Origin: Takakia lepidozioides
Taxonomy: Eukaryota; Plantae; Bryophyta
Direction of reading: 5' to 3'
Assembly: GCA_030704615.1 (NCBI GenBank)
Contig: CM060733.1
Span: 13,764,001-13,828,000 of the forward strand
Length of the DNA: 64,000 nt
Part shown: positions 1 to 13,047 of the stretch, one piece after another
Layout: each line of letters opens with the position of its first letter
Numbering within the stretch: position 1 is the stretch's first letter
The notes under the pieces: generated by a model
The model's input: the letters and a program-made list of their open reading frames with translations, nothing else
What the model was told of the DNA's origin: nothing
Databases searched by the model: none
Program-made: the position numbers and the translations under genes

Positions 1-227
1 ATTGCACCACATATACTGTCTATATACCAGTTTGTGCCCATAGCACATATCATTTCTCAATGCGAAATTCACCGCCGCCGCTATAGGTTTAGGGTTTCTG
101 GCTACACTACTGAAGGTTTTGCCTCGCTGAGTTGGCGCAGATGTATCGTACAAATGCCCCAAAAACTATACCCATTTATAGTTTTATTCCGTTTTGAAAA
201 CGTATAATTCATATGACCGAGGTTTAA

Positions 228-400
228 AAACATAAAACTCCCATGGCTGTGGGTTGTGCTCACGTGAGCATGCTCACGCTGTGCTCACAGGATACCAACC
301 CCCCTTATTTGGGGTGGTGGTTGGTATCGTGTGAGCACAGCGCGAGCAAGGGAAAAAAGACCATGTGAGCACAATCCACGGTTATAGGAATAATATGTTT
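228..400. repeat. Fold-back (nested inverted repeat), MITE-like
   Basis: 272-300 pairs with 319-347 (27/29 complementary). Outer arms gtgggttgtgctcac (249-263) and gtgagcacaatccac (365-379) also pair, with weaker pairing further out. Confidence 0.6.
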
Positions 401-919
401 GAAAATGGAAATACAAGTCATAGGCAGACATAGGGTACTTCAACATCACTAGGGTTAGATACATGCTCTTTGAAGGGATTTATATATTTGTACGGTTCGA
501 AACATTCACATGAAATTCTTGGAAGAAAAAAAGTTAACTATATATTTTTTTTGTTCTTACCACTGTTGTGCGGGTATCAGAATTTTAGTATACCAGGCAT
601 GGTAGGTTTTGGAGGGGTGCTTTGTTTTTTAGTGGTTTTTTAACCTGGTATCATTCTAAGTATTGCAGATTTGCAAATATTCATTCAAACTTGCAAATAG
701 TATATAAGTATTTCCCTTAGATACATCATTTTTCTTAGTATTAGTTGAATATCAACACGGGTATCAATACTTTCCATCACCGTCAAGTATAAATGCACCA
801 AATTGAACGTAGATTTCATTCTTGAACCTAGTTTTGGGCAATGCAAACCATACCCAATCCAAAGTGAAAGATGAAACATGACAAACAAAACATGCAATTT
901 TCACAAGATCACACAAAAG

Positions 920-1370
920 ATTATACACACATGAGGGGCAGAATGTGTCCCAGGGGCTGTGCTGATCAGCCCAAAACCAATGGCCAGCTTCTCACTGTGG
1001 TGGCATTGCTCCTCCCCCATATCTTGCAATAAAAAGTGATGTTAGGCACATACCATGCCTCCTTCATCTGCTCAGACAATTGTCTCAGCTCAGCATGGAT
1101 TTCCGCAACTTTTGGATGCAATTTGTCACCTGCAACAAAGGTGTGCACCCTCTGGTCAACCTCAATGCAACAGTGACCTGGCTCCTTTCTAACCCCTCTT
1201 ACCTCCATCATATTTCTCACCTTTGCACTATCATCCACCTGCCGGCTGCGGGCATAGATGTTTGATAGCAAAACATAAGTCTCAGCGTCCTGTTCATCCC
1301 ACTTGAGAATAGAGGTTGCCGCACGTTCAGCCATCTCCACATTGGAATGGAATCCGCAGGCATCGCCCTA
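920..1370 (-). pseudogene. PLS-PPR E/E+/DYW C-terminal fragment (RNA-editing factor remnant)
   Basis: ACGFHSNVEMAERAA...TYVLLSNIYA...KEPGHCCIEVDQRVHTFVAGDKLHP. After a frameshift near 1030 it reads CHHSEKLAIGFGLISTAPGT. There are no upstream PPR repeats and no CxxC or terminal DYW. Confidence 0.85.
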
Positions 1371-1726
1371 GGGAAAAACCTCACAAAGATGAATTGATCG
1401 TGAAATGATCTATGAATATACAAGAGTCAACTTTAGTGTTACTGTTTATCCTTGTTTGTGAGACATCTCGTGCATTGGCATGTCATGGGTCTGGGGTTCA
1501 AGGACAAACAAATTTATCCCCTCATAAACCGCGAAGTTGTGGGCCCAACGGTTATGGGAGAGTAGGGTTTCAAGGAGATAACCTGCAGGCGACAGTCAAG
1601 GCGGGTCGAGCCCCGGTCATCAACATTTACACGTCATCAAGAGAGCATGGTATAAGGTGGCCCAGTTACTAAGAAATCTTGAGATTTAGGATATCAAGTG
1701 GACTAGCCGGGTCTTTCAAAATTCAA

Positions 1727-1751
1727 GATATATATATATATATATATATAT
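1727..1751. repeat. (TA)n microsatellite
   Basis: Visible atatat run. Confidence 0.9.
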
Positions 1752-2949
1752 TTATCCGATCAAATATCAGGTGGGGTTTTGATGTTGGATTCAATACCCC
1801 CCAATAGTGGGCGCAACCTTCTCAAACATTACTACAAAGAACCCTCTCCCCATTGTAAGACAAGAAAGTTGTAGGTTGAGGTGACCCTCTCTCCCAAGAT
1901 GTGGCAATGACGCATTCTCTCACCCAGTTTGCAATATCTTTATGGTGTCTATTGAGGAAATGCAACAAGACTTATATTTGTCTTCACTGTCTAACTGTGG
2001 ATACTATCCATATTTAATTGTAATATTTGTAAGCCATCGCCAGTTGCATTGTCTGACCTTGAGGGTTCCATCTTGGGGGGCAATGTTGAAAGGCCCTTTT
2101 CCCAATAATGATGGAAGTGAGGAAGAGTCATCTTCTCAAGATCCGTGTTGGAATCCCAAGCCTTGGCCTCTTCCCTTCCCTCTAGAATACTTTCCTGCCT
2201 CGCCTATTGATGGATCATCCTAGAACAACAATGATCGCTCATAAGAAAACAAAGAACAATAAAACACAAATTAATAGATCGGGTCAATAAGGCGGAGTGT
2301 TGTCACTGTTGCAAGTGCCACTAGCAATGTTAAACCACTCTCCCCATTGTTATATGAGATAACTCAAGCCGCCAAAATGACTATATTCTTTTACGCTTAA
2401 TGACTTGCATCCTTCCAAATAGGTTATTCCCATGAGCACTTATCCTTTGCATGTAGACTCAAATGCCAATTTGGTTGTTATTGGGGCCAATGCCACTGTG
2501 GAGGTTGAAGTTGGCAATGCGGCTGATGAGGCAGCACCCAGAGGATCCAAAGAACTATGTTAACAATGATGCATAGAACATCCTCATGGCGAAAGTTAAA
2601 AGCGAGTGTTTAGGTGATACTAACCAGCCCCTTCAATTGAACACCTTTAATCTACTATGGTTGTTGTGATTTTGTAATGCCTTAGTCAAAATTTGGGGAG
2701 GCTTGCTGCATTGGGGGGGGCTTACTACTTTGAAATTTATTGCTTTCTCTATACTAACATGTGTTCAAGTGGGTGTGCAGTGGCCGTGTAGCAGTTTGTG
2801 GCAGAGTTGAACCTGGGATTTCCCCATCATTCTGTGCTTGATGCCATTGGTATAGTATATCCACAATACTGCTTGCAAGCATGATGCGATGAGAGTTTTC
2901 CAAAGCACTTTGATGTGTTGAAGAACTGATATGCTGAAGCACGTACATT

Positions 2950-3382
2950 TGGCATGGGAGCAAAGAAGAGGATAGTGTTGGGCGTGCTGAATCGCTAGGA
3001 CCTTGAATCCCAACAAGGTATGTATAAGTTGTGTATCAAAAACAATGCCTAGCTGCCATGGAGCCCCCCTTTGACATCAATCATCTCACTAATATTTGGA
3101 GAACTATTAATACAGCCTCAACTAGAGTTAGTGCATTCCCGGAGTATGTGAAGTTTGCAAAAATCGCCATGGTGCGTGTGTTGGGCAGCATTGACGAAGC
3201 GGTGCTTTTCGTCTATGTCATTTCTGAAGAACACGTTGTGGTCCGCTTTGGATCCGCATCTGCTAGTGGTCTTGGGAACGTATGGCCAGAAGTTCTTTGG
3301 TCTGGACTATTTTTCCTATGATGCATGTTTTGATAAGTGGAGCGGAGCTGTGTCACGTGGGCGGTATGAAGTGTCTGCGTAG
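2950..3382 (+). mobile_element. hAT transposase C-terminal dimerisation domain remnant (frameshifted)
   Basis: NIWRTI..FPEYVKFAKIAMVRVLGSIDE, then in another frame KRCFSSMSFLKNTLWSALDPHL. This matches the hATC W..(FP)..LA...S...ERxFS...K..R..L pattern. Confidence 0.7.
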
Positions 3383-3583
3383 AAGAAGAAATTTGTGTCT
3401 TATAGTGCAGCTGAGCACTTTGATTTGCTAAAGCAGAGCTCTCCATTTGTTTCCATCATTTCCGCAAGTGTCATGAGATTCCTGACGTCAAAATAGGCCA
3501 TTTGGATTTGTTCCACTCTGCAGGCCATGGTGGCTCACTTCTATTTTTGGACTTGTCTATCAGTGCCAAAATGCATGTTTTCA

Positions 3584-3732
3584 GTGGGCTATGGTGCCAG
3601 CTACAACTCTGTTTTTGCACTTGTGTCAGTAGTGCCAGATTGCTCCTTGAAATTGGGCTATGGTGCCAAACTCTGTTGTTTCACTCGAGTCAGTAATGCC
3701 AGATTGCTCCTTGAAATTGTGCTATGGTGCTT
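3584..3732 (+). repeat. Degenerate ~65-bp tandem repeat next to the hAT remnant
   Basis: (g/t)gctatggtgc occurs three times and cagta(g/a)tgccagattgctccttgaaattg twice. Confidence 0.6.
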
Positions 3733-5224
3733 GAAATGCTACCTTGGCGTTTTCATGCCCGGTACACGGGCTCATGAAGCCACCATTTCTGCCTCTATTT
3801 CCAGATGTGTTGCCCGTGCAATATATACATGATGTGAAAAAATCGTCATATTGTACAGTAGATCAGCAAACCTGTAGCCGGGTGGGATCCAAGTGGTAGT
3901 CACCACCTAAGCACCTATCCCCAGCATTTTGTAGCCACGTCTATGCCTATGCAGAGATGAAAAAAAAAGGGCTGCTGTGGAGTGACCATATTCTGCTTTT
4001 TAATATTCTTCAGAAAAAGCATAATCTACCCCCCAAATCCTTTATGACTTTTGCAGCCTATTTTGGTTGTCTGGAAGCAGATAAATTTCCCACTGAGCGA
4101 CCCCATCATCCAACCCCAAGTTTAAAGCAACCCCATTCGTCTAATAGGATAATCCGTAAGGGGTGCCCCTCGGAATCTGGGGCACGGAAAAGACATCCCT
4201 CCACGGAGGGTAGACGAGTTTTTCCCCTGTTAGAGTACATATCTCTCCCTAAAAGAGACGAATCTATCGTAAAAGCCAGAACACTCGCAAACCTAGACAT
4301 GCATGAACTTCTAAAGCGCTAACAAAAAACTTCGTAAAACTCGGATTTGAAAGACTACACTAAGTTCTACGAGGATCTCCCCGCATTTCAAACATTGAAA
4401 CAGAGTACTTAGACCTAATGAGAAGTATGACAGTAGACACGGACAGAGGTGACCACTTGCCTTATCAAGCTCTAGAAAACACCCTAGAAAACGCCAATTC
4501 CCTACTATCGCTCTCACTGCAAAGTGTAGAGCCATATGTCAGACTCTCTTCACCAGTATTGAAAGAGGAATTACTTCTTGGAGAAAAGAGTTTTGCTGAC
4601 GAAACTGTTTTTAACCCTAAAAATGTTGGACTCTTTACATAAGTTCACCTTCTCTACTCCTCCTCACTGTGAAATTTCACATGGCTCTTCTCCTACATAA
4701 CTCTATATCTGGGTGTTAGCGCTTGCATGAGCAAACTCCAATACTGTTCACACACTCATGGACATCAGCAGATTGTACTGTAGCTTACTTCTTGGAACAA
4801 ACTAGCCTTCATCTTTGCTCTCCCTTCCTCACTTCCCCACTACCCCACCCCCTCCAACTCATAAAAGGAGAATTTGGATTGCACTCTGACCAAGTTGAAA
4901 AGTACTGTGAAGAGGTTATAGAGGATGAATTGGCAAACTGCCCCAACATCCCTATTATCATGTCTTCTGTGAAAGTACATTCTGTGAGACCTTGCTTTGC
5001 AATCAGAAATATTGGAGAAAAATGGAATAGAAAACAAAATTAGTTCATATTGGCAGACAGACAACTAATTCAATATGTGCATGTTACAATTCAGAAAACC
5101 TATGGTGGTCTGCATGTCAATTAACAAGCAGCTGCCAATCCAGCAATGTCAAGAAATAGATTTGGTAACTCTGGTGCTTATCAACCCTGCAACTCCGGAA
5201 AGGAACCAAGCAGCCAAAAATTCC

Positions 5225-6861
5225 TCAGCAAACACCGTTGGTTTTGTCCAGGGCATGCTTCTTGAAGACCTTGAATAACCCCTGTTTGTTGAAGTACTCA
5301 TCAAAGACTGAAGCCTTCTTAAATTCTTCGGGTGTGGGCTTTTTCCCGGCTTTGACAAGTTCAGGATTATCTTTCTGCAGAATCTCTGTAACGGCCTGTA
5401 TCAAATGTGGGGGGTGGGCATCCAAGTACTGCAGAACTCTCTTTATATCAGTGACAAGCCGGTCAGCTAGAGAACGGCTAAAATCTTCTCTGACCACCAC
5501 ACGCAGAAGGCTAACCTTCTCAGCATTGGGGGCCATTGTATAGGCTGGGACCGTCCAACCATAACGCCGCAAATTATCAGCGATCTGGTATTCGTCCATC
5601 TGGCTCCTGTCCTTCAGAGAAAAGGCAACGACCGGCACCCCGGTTGGCTTGGAAAGGATGTCGAACCGGCCCATGGCAACAATCGCATCAGCAAGTACTT
5701 TTGCATTGGCCGCACAATTCTGCATAATATGCTTGTAGCCCTGTTCCACACATCCCAAAATAGACAAAGTGTGGAAGTTCCACATTTCAGCATGGTGCTT
5801 GAGGAGACACCATGGCAACTGAATGCAAACACGACTGTCATTTGAGGAGACACTATTGTAAGCCATATGTAAATACAACTGTCTCTTGTCCACAGATACA
5901 GTCGCAGAAACATCCAGGTTCCTGACGCCAGATTCAATAGCAGGATCTCTTTGGTACTATCCACCCAAGAAACAGTTACAGTTAGTGCTCACTTGCTGCG
6001 TAACCTTCATAAAACTCAAAAGGGAGGCCAAAGATAAATTGGTAGGAGCATTTACCTGAAAGCCAAGGCGAATGAGCTGGTAATACTGGGCTATAACCTG
6101 GCTAGCCCCTGCACACACCAAAAATGACCTTTCAGTCATTACAATGTTCACAATGGAACATGAATCTGTTTGTTTGCAGAGATTGCCATTCTCTGGCTAG
6201 GATTACCACAACCCTACGATAGGCAGAGGAGAGAAAGCAAACACAGTAGATTCTGGTTGCCATGATCTGCCTCGGATCCCATGTCTGGACAGAGTGATGC
6301 AGAAAAGGCAACTCATAGATAATGCAATACCTTTCACACCCAATCAACAAAAACATGGTAAACAGAGCTAATGGACATTTATGGACCCAGATTGTTGTGG
6401 TATTAGAGCAGCATAATGTTGAGAGATGTACTCTTTAAGGATGTTGCTTGCTAACGCTTTCTGGTCAGGTACCACTCAGCAGGTTGGACAGAGTAGAACA
6501 GTGGAGAAGAGCTTGGATCCAATCAGATAAGGGGTCAATAGACTTGCTCCAATACATGGCATATACAAAATTCGTTTAAGCCTTCCAGAGATACTCTCAA
6601 AAGGTCTTGACTGTAGCATCTATTAATCTAAAACCCACCTAAGAGTCTTGAACTGAGTAAAAGAGATGCAGTGATAGTCTGATTGATGCTGTCAAAGAAC
6701 ACCCTCATGCAGAGGGAGAGACTGTACTCATATAAGACTTTGTTTGCCGTAGCCTTGTGGCCATTGGCCCCGCGCTCAGTTTGAGCGGAACGGAGAGAGA
6801 GAGAGAGGTCATCCATGATGTCCTCCCCCATGTCACAGACTGGAAACAAGTTCAGCGAAGC

Positions 6862-6906
<45 letters not shown>

Positions 6907-9888
6907 TTTCAGAGAAGCTTTTCATGTGTCGAAACATACATAAGAAGCTTACACAGCTTACAGGAGATTCTAGAATGAGGAAGATCCTGGCCCAAATGGT
7001 ACAAAGGACATTGAGTAGAACCAGATTGAAAAGTAGTAGTATAAACAGAGTGCTAGGTGAAAGAGGTTACACACCCTTAGAAAAGTTGAGGGTGAAAGTG
7101 GGTTGGTCAGCTCCTAGGTAATTGACGTGAAAAATGAGCTCTTCCGGAAGATCTTCCTGGCCGCGCCAGATCACCCATCCAATTCCAGCATAAACCAGGC
7201 CATATTTGTGCCCACTTACGTTTATACTCTTCACTAGCGGAAGCCGAAAGTCCCATACCAAATTTGGATACAAGAAAGGTGCTACAAATCCCCCACTTGC
7301 AGCATCGACGTGAATGGGAATGTTCCACCTTCAAAAACCATCCACCATAACCAACCCGGATGAGAGATAGAGTCATCCTTAAATCTTATCTTTCGAATGT
7401 GCTGCGCAAGACTCCATGTTGTCTTCTACAGCCTGGAAGGAAATCCACTCTCCATTTACTGGGAAAAATATATTCACCTGGGGTTCCACATCTTCACTAA
7501 CTTCATTGTTTTTTGATTGCATGTGATGGGACCAGGGCGAACAAGAAGCCCAGTCTTGTCCATGTAACAGTTGATCTGTTTCAGTCTGATTGTGACAGTC
7601 CATTCCTTGCCCACAGACCAACATTCCACCTTGTGCTTGCCACACAGCTGGAGTAGTTTTCAAATTAATTACTGCAAGAAGGAAAGATGAGAGTTGCAAA
7701 TGCAAGAGTTCAGCTGACAGCTCATAAGACTATTAAAGCCATGTAGGCTACTGTGGCAGTGAAGGGCAAAACAGAGGAAACACTCCACGAAGATACATTG
7801 CAAAATGGATTGAACAAATCCATGCTGAGCTGAAAGTGATCCTCTCTGTGGCTAGAGGCCTGGATTTGAAATACATCTACACCTACAATAAAATCTGCTT
7901 ATGCATACTAAAGAGAAAATTGTCATGGTTTTGAAGGACAATGAGCTTCATCAGCATTCTTACCCCTTTTCGTTGTTCTTCTTTTCCAGCAAGTCATTCA
8001 ATGTCTTTACATCTTCGAATTCCCCATTGTATGTTGAGCCCAGAATGGCACATACGCAGATAGTGTTTTCATCACACAAGTCAACCGCTTTTTCAGGGTC
8101 CATGACATAGTAATTTTCACTCAGTTTCACATCCTTGAGCTCCACCTCAAAGTAGCGTGCAAATTTCTCCCAGCATACCTGCACATTTAACAAGGGAGAA
8201 TGTTGGGAAGGCTTGTGCAATAGAGAAAATGGAGACTTTGTTCTGTGGTATGACCATAGTCCTATGGCTAGCAAAAGCATCCCCAAACAAAATCAACGTT
8301 CTCTGGCTTAAGATAGCTCCAGAAGATGGAGCACCTTGTGAGACTCTACACTAGTACTGAAGACTGACTGACTGCCGCAAGTAGTGAGCGCAACTGAGTT
8401 TCCCAGAGAAAGCTCCAGGGGATCGAGAGAGGGAGAGGACCTGGACATTGGCACCAGTGACCATATTGGGTTTGTCATAAGGCAGCCCAGCTGCCTTGCG
8501 TTCAATTTGCCATTTGCGCTTGAAGGCCAATCCAGCTAGCATAATGGCCTCCGATGATCCTACGGTGCCTGCACCGACGGCTTGTTTTCCATCCTCCACA
8601 GGGGCATTGAACAATCGCGCTATCATATTCACGCACCGGTCCTGTATCCATTCACCATCCCACAGTCACTCCCAAGTCTAAGTGGCGCATCTCTCTCTCC
8701 AACTATGATATTGGCCATTAGTCGATAATGACTCCCTCATTTCCCCCCTACCTGAAGTTCAGTGGTAATTGGATACTCGTCCATGTCAATATAGTTCTTG
8801 TTCAAGGCTCCCATGATCAGTTTCTCACACTCAGGTTCCATCCATGTAGTGACAAACGATGCCAAGTTGAGACGAGGATTTCCATCCAACATCAACTCAT
8901 CGCTGATTATCTGGTATGCAGCGTCCTTGGGCGTCTCCGTTGCTGGCAAGCGATACCTGCAATGCACAACTCACGTTACAAATTTCAACGTAGGAACATC
9001 ATCAAGCGATCTCCTAGTCGAAGAGAAGATTCTTGAGACACATCCCTCACATGTCTTGTTTAGGTGAAAACTTCGATCTAGGAAAGGTTGAAAGCCAATC
9101 TTGGACCTTCGATGCCAGGATCTGTTTCTTCCGAAGACTTAGACCATGAATCTCTTCGCTACTCTCGGACAGTGTAGCATTTCATCGGATGGCGGATGGT
9201 CATCGATGGACCCACGCATGTCAGCAGACTGGTGAGAGCTGTCAATCGGCCACTCACTTTACGCGATATGCACCTCAACACACTCCTTACTCAGTCGGTA
9301 AACGTGTCTATACTTCAAATGACAAGACCAGCTGCAGCTTGCTGATATTCCGTACTTGCGACTTCTCTCTTACCATAGAGGAATTGCGACATTTCCACCC
9401 CAATCCCAATGCGCATTATCTGAGCAGATAGGAAATGCCAGTGACTCGTCCTATGCATTCCGATCAGAACTCCTCTTTCTGGAGAAAAGAAAGAGGGAAC
9501 ATAACATCAACCAAAGAGAAGGGAAGAGAAGAGAAGAGAAGGGGGGATGTAAACAGAACACAGTACGGCTTTTCTAGCCAACTGCAATTTCGAATAGGAT
9601 CACAGCCCCATATGAACATTCGGACCAGGATAGTGGGCTCCCTCCTAGTTGCACACTTCCAAGCGACGAGTAATTCATGACCCAAACAACGTCATCCATT
9701 CCAGAGACCACAGTAACCTTCAAAGGTGAAGATTCACCGCCCGCAACCAGCATCCCACAAGGGACTGAAGGAAAACGAGGCAAATACCTGGGCAATTCAG
9801 TCTGTGTATAGCGCGAGGCAAAGATCGAGTCGAGGGTGGAGGCCTCCTCCATCCTTCCCTTGTTAGTGAAAACGCTTGACAGAACCAT
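5225..9888 (-). CDS. GAD: Glutamate decarboxylase (PLP-dependent), 514 aa; exons 9888-9788, 8956-8752, 8641-8441, 8178-7964, 7328-7075, 6108-6056, 5740-5225
   Basis: Motifs [55 protein letters not shown] and [10 protein letters not shown] (PLP lysine); ends KTNGVC. All introns are GT-AG and the exons sum to 1545 nt in frame. Confidence 0.96.
6725..6806. repeat. Short dispersed intronic repeat (copies also at ~13570-13630 inverted and ~21700-21780)
   Basis: Shared core tataagac(g)ttgtttgccgtagccttgtgg. Confidence 0.7.
6869..6903. repeat. (AG)n microsatellite in GAD intron 5
   Basis: Visible agagag run. Confidence 0.9.
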
Positions 9889-12800
9889 CTCTACCTCCCC
9901 TTTTACACCTCTCCCAAAGTTCACTTCTCACGTTTCCTACGGATCACTCCTGGATTTCTTGGCAGACTTTCCACGAACGCCTGCACCGCACTCGATCAGT
10001 AGTCCTAACGTACTAACCCACACCCTCAACTCTTCACCAACAAAACGCTAAGTAATCCGCAATATAAGAACCCCAGTGCCAACTCTCTGCCGTGCCCATA
10101 ACTCATAACTAGGCTTCTGACATTTGCGGATGCCCGAGGGCAGCATTAGACAAAGGAATGTTATCAGCAGGTAACAACTTCTGCCCGCAACCATAGATAA
10201 CGCTCGCTCATATTACATTATAGTTTCCGATCTCTCTCACGAGCTTTATCATCACTCTCTAGTCTCCATCTTGGAGTGTAACTCACATCTTTCACCACCT
10301 CATCATCGCCCGGTGAGCGAAAAAGTAGTCTGCCATCAATCAGAAATCTTCTGGTTAGTGCGGACTTGCAGTACACATGTCGTGGCAGATGGTAATCCGC
10401 TTGTCGTCATCGGGCTACTTCATTGAACACGACACGTGTACGCGCTGAATCCCTTTATATTATTAGTCTGGGTATCGAACTTACACCACACTTCTATCTT
10501 CAGACTTGCAAGGCACGAACGTCCTCGAGAGTGGGCAGGTGAGCACCTGCCCACCCCCTTGTATGCCTCCGTCGATGATGGGCCTGTAAGGAAGTAAGGA
10601 CCTCGTGAAACGCTTGCTTGGCAGGGCGGGGCCCGCGTGTGAAGAAGGGCAGCGAGGTCATTAGGGGGATCTCGAGGAAGAAAAAACGAAGGGAGACGAT
10701 GGTCGCACCGACCAGCGTGGATGTAAGGTTGCCATATCCGGTAAGTTCTTAGGTCTTAGGTCTGTAATAAGGTCTTATTAGGTCGCCATATCCGGTTGGG
10801 GTGCATGGTAGGGATTGATGCCTTGGAAACAGAGAACATCCTTTTTTGTATGTTAGTTGCTGTCAGTGCAGAAGAAGAAAGCAGGCCCACCAGCTCGCAG
10901 GGTTCGTGGGCACCGACCACAGCGAAGTAAAGTATAGCTAGTTAGTTAGAGGCATCAGGGATCGGGAATGACATATCTTCATGTGGGCACTACCATTGTT
11001 TGAACCTCCACGGGGTGAGACCTGCAGACAGGGTGAGCACTGAGTAGTGTAGTAAGTAGATAGTACTTACTTTTATGCGAAGTTGGAGCTTGACTAGTTC
11101 ATAAGCAGGAGTGGCCCCACACGTTCCTCCTCTTTAAGTTATTACTTTATCTTTGACGTAGGCTTCTTGTGTGGCGGAAGACTAGCATATGTGATGTACA
11201 AAAGTCTTAGTTTTATCATCATTGACGCAAGCCGCTGGTTTCAAGTTTCCACATGATTCTTATAACAAATACATAGTCCTGGTTTCTCTATAAACGAACT
11301 TCGAAGACTATTGTCATAGAGCCCACCCCACATGGCAGAAGCCTGCCTATGCAATGGAAAGTAGCTGGCTTCGGGTTAAAGTCTTGTCTCTAAGTTAGAG
11401 GAGCTTTCTTTTGACAATGCAATCCATTTTCTTCTGACAGTTATCCTACCACCTGGTTTACAATGACTCCCTGTTCTGCAGCATGGAGATGACTGAGAGG
11501 ACGACTGCATTCCTAACGAGAGGGGGATCGATTGTGATGCAAAACTGGCCCACATGTGATGATCGCCTAGATGCATATGTAGCTAGAAGTGGGGTCAAAT
11601 TCGTCGTCTGTGATCATTCATTGTGAGTGGAAAGTCTGTGATGAAATTCCTGGTGGGTGGAAAGTCTGTGATGGGATCAAATTCCTTGTTTGATGAGGTA
11701 GGATAGTCCATGTAATTGGAGGCTCATCCATCACACATCCTTTACTCTTCTGTAACAAGATTGGATCGCTTGTTGCAACACGCACATAGATTCGTCTCTT
11801 CTGCTATCACACTGGTGGGGTATGTCAAAGCTGGTGTATTTCAAAGAGGCCATCTGCTGATGTAAAATATTGTAGTTGCAATGTAGGAGAGAAAGGCGAG
11901 GTGTAATCAGTGAACTTAAGCTTGTTGTGGACTTCTGGCAACAGGCTGAGCACTTAGGCAGGGAGACGGACAATGATACTGTGTGTAGGTTCCAGTTGGC
12001 CCGGGGTGAAAGTGGGCACATGATCCTGTTCCTCGTCTGGTTCTTGGTTTCAGTTCAGGGGCCCTCCCCTTTCTTCCCTAAATAGAAACCAAACAAAGAT
12101 GTCCTCATTGGACTGTTGGGATAAGCTAATGAGGACAAAATGAGCAGAGGGGGTTGCCATCAGCTGAAGAAACTTTGAAGAGCCGTGCACTGCAGGGCTC
12201 GTGTAGCACCCAATATTCCTTTCAGGTCAACTAAGTTCTTACCTAGCTCCCCTCATAAATCACAGAATAAAATACATCCTCCCAAACTAAGTTTTACCAT
12301 TACAACAAACTGCTGGTTCTCCTGACAACCTACTCTCACTCCGACTGGCTTATTTTGCTTGACCTTGCGTCCACTCAAAGGATGCCCAAGCCCGTATTTT
12401 AATACCCACCTTGATAAGAGTAGGACAAAGTTCCAGTTTCCAATAACTAGGTGTTCAGGATATTAAAAATAAGCTGAATGCTAGTGTCCAGATATCTGGC
12501 GGTCTTATTTTTCAAAAACTAGAGTTTCTCAATAACAGGTAAAAGAGATACCATTGGCTTACCCTTAAATTGATCAAACCATAGTATAAGCCCTAACACC
12601 ATACATTCCAGTAATAATATTTATAAAAACCTACGTGCTTTCTAAGACACATAGTTTGCAACATCTGTTAAAAGCCATGCGTCAAAGAATTACAACTGGT
12701 ATAAGCATAATTCTAATATTAGTGTCTATTGAGATATCTTAATCTGGTATAATACAGGTATAGCTGGCATGTTTTCATTATGCTATTGGTCCAACAGAGA

Positions 12801-13047
12801 ACCTCTGGGGCAGGTATAATAGGTGGTATCGAGTTGCTGGTAACTGTCGGTTGTCTATAACTAGGTAACATATTTCGATTTACTACCTTTCTTCATATTC
12901 ATAACCAGGAGAGTTAACCGGCAAATGCCAGATAACCAACCACCCAACAGGTCCAGCCCCAGTGTCTCTTACAAACCTCAATTCAACACCACAGTAGATA
13001 TAGGACTTTCAGCCTGAATGAAGAAAGCAATGGCCTATAAAAGGGGA

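Noticed and set aside
84-97. Telomere-like tagggttt motif
   Set aside because: Only about two units; common in promoters and TE ends.
3957-4642. ORFs possibly from a LINE remnant
   Set aside because: No diagnostic motif recognised.
10531-10554. 11-bp-stem palindrome upstream of GAD
   Set aside because: Real, but too short to assign a function; likely a MITE relic.
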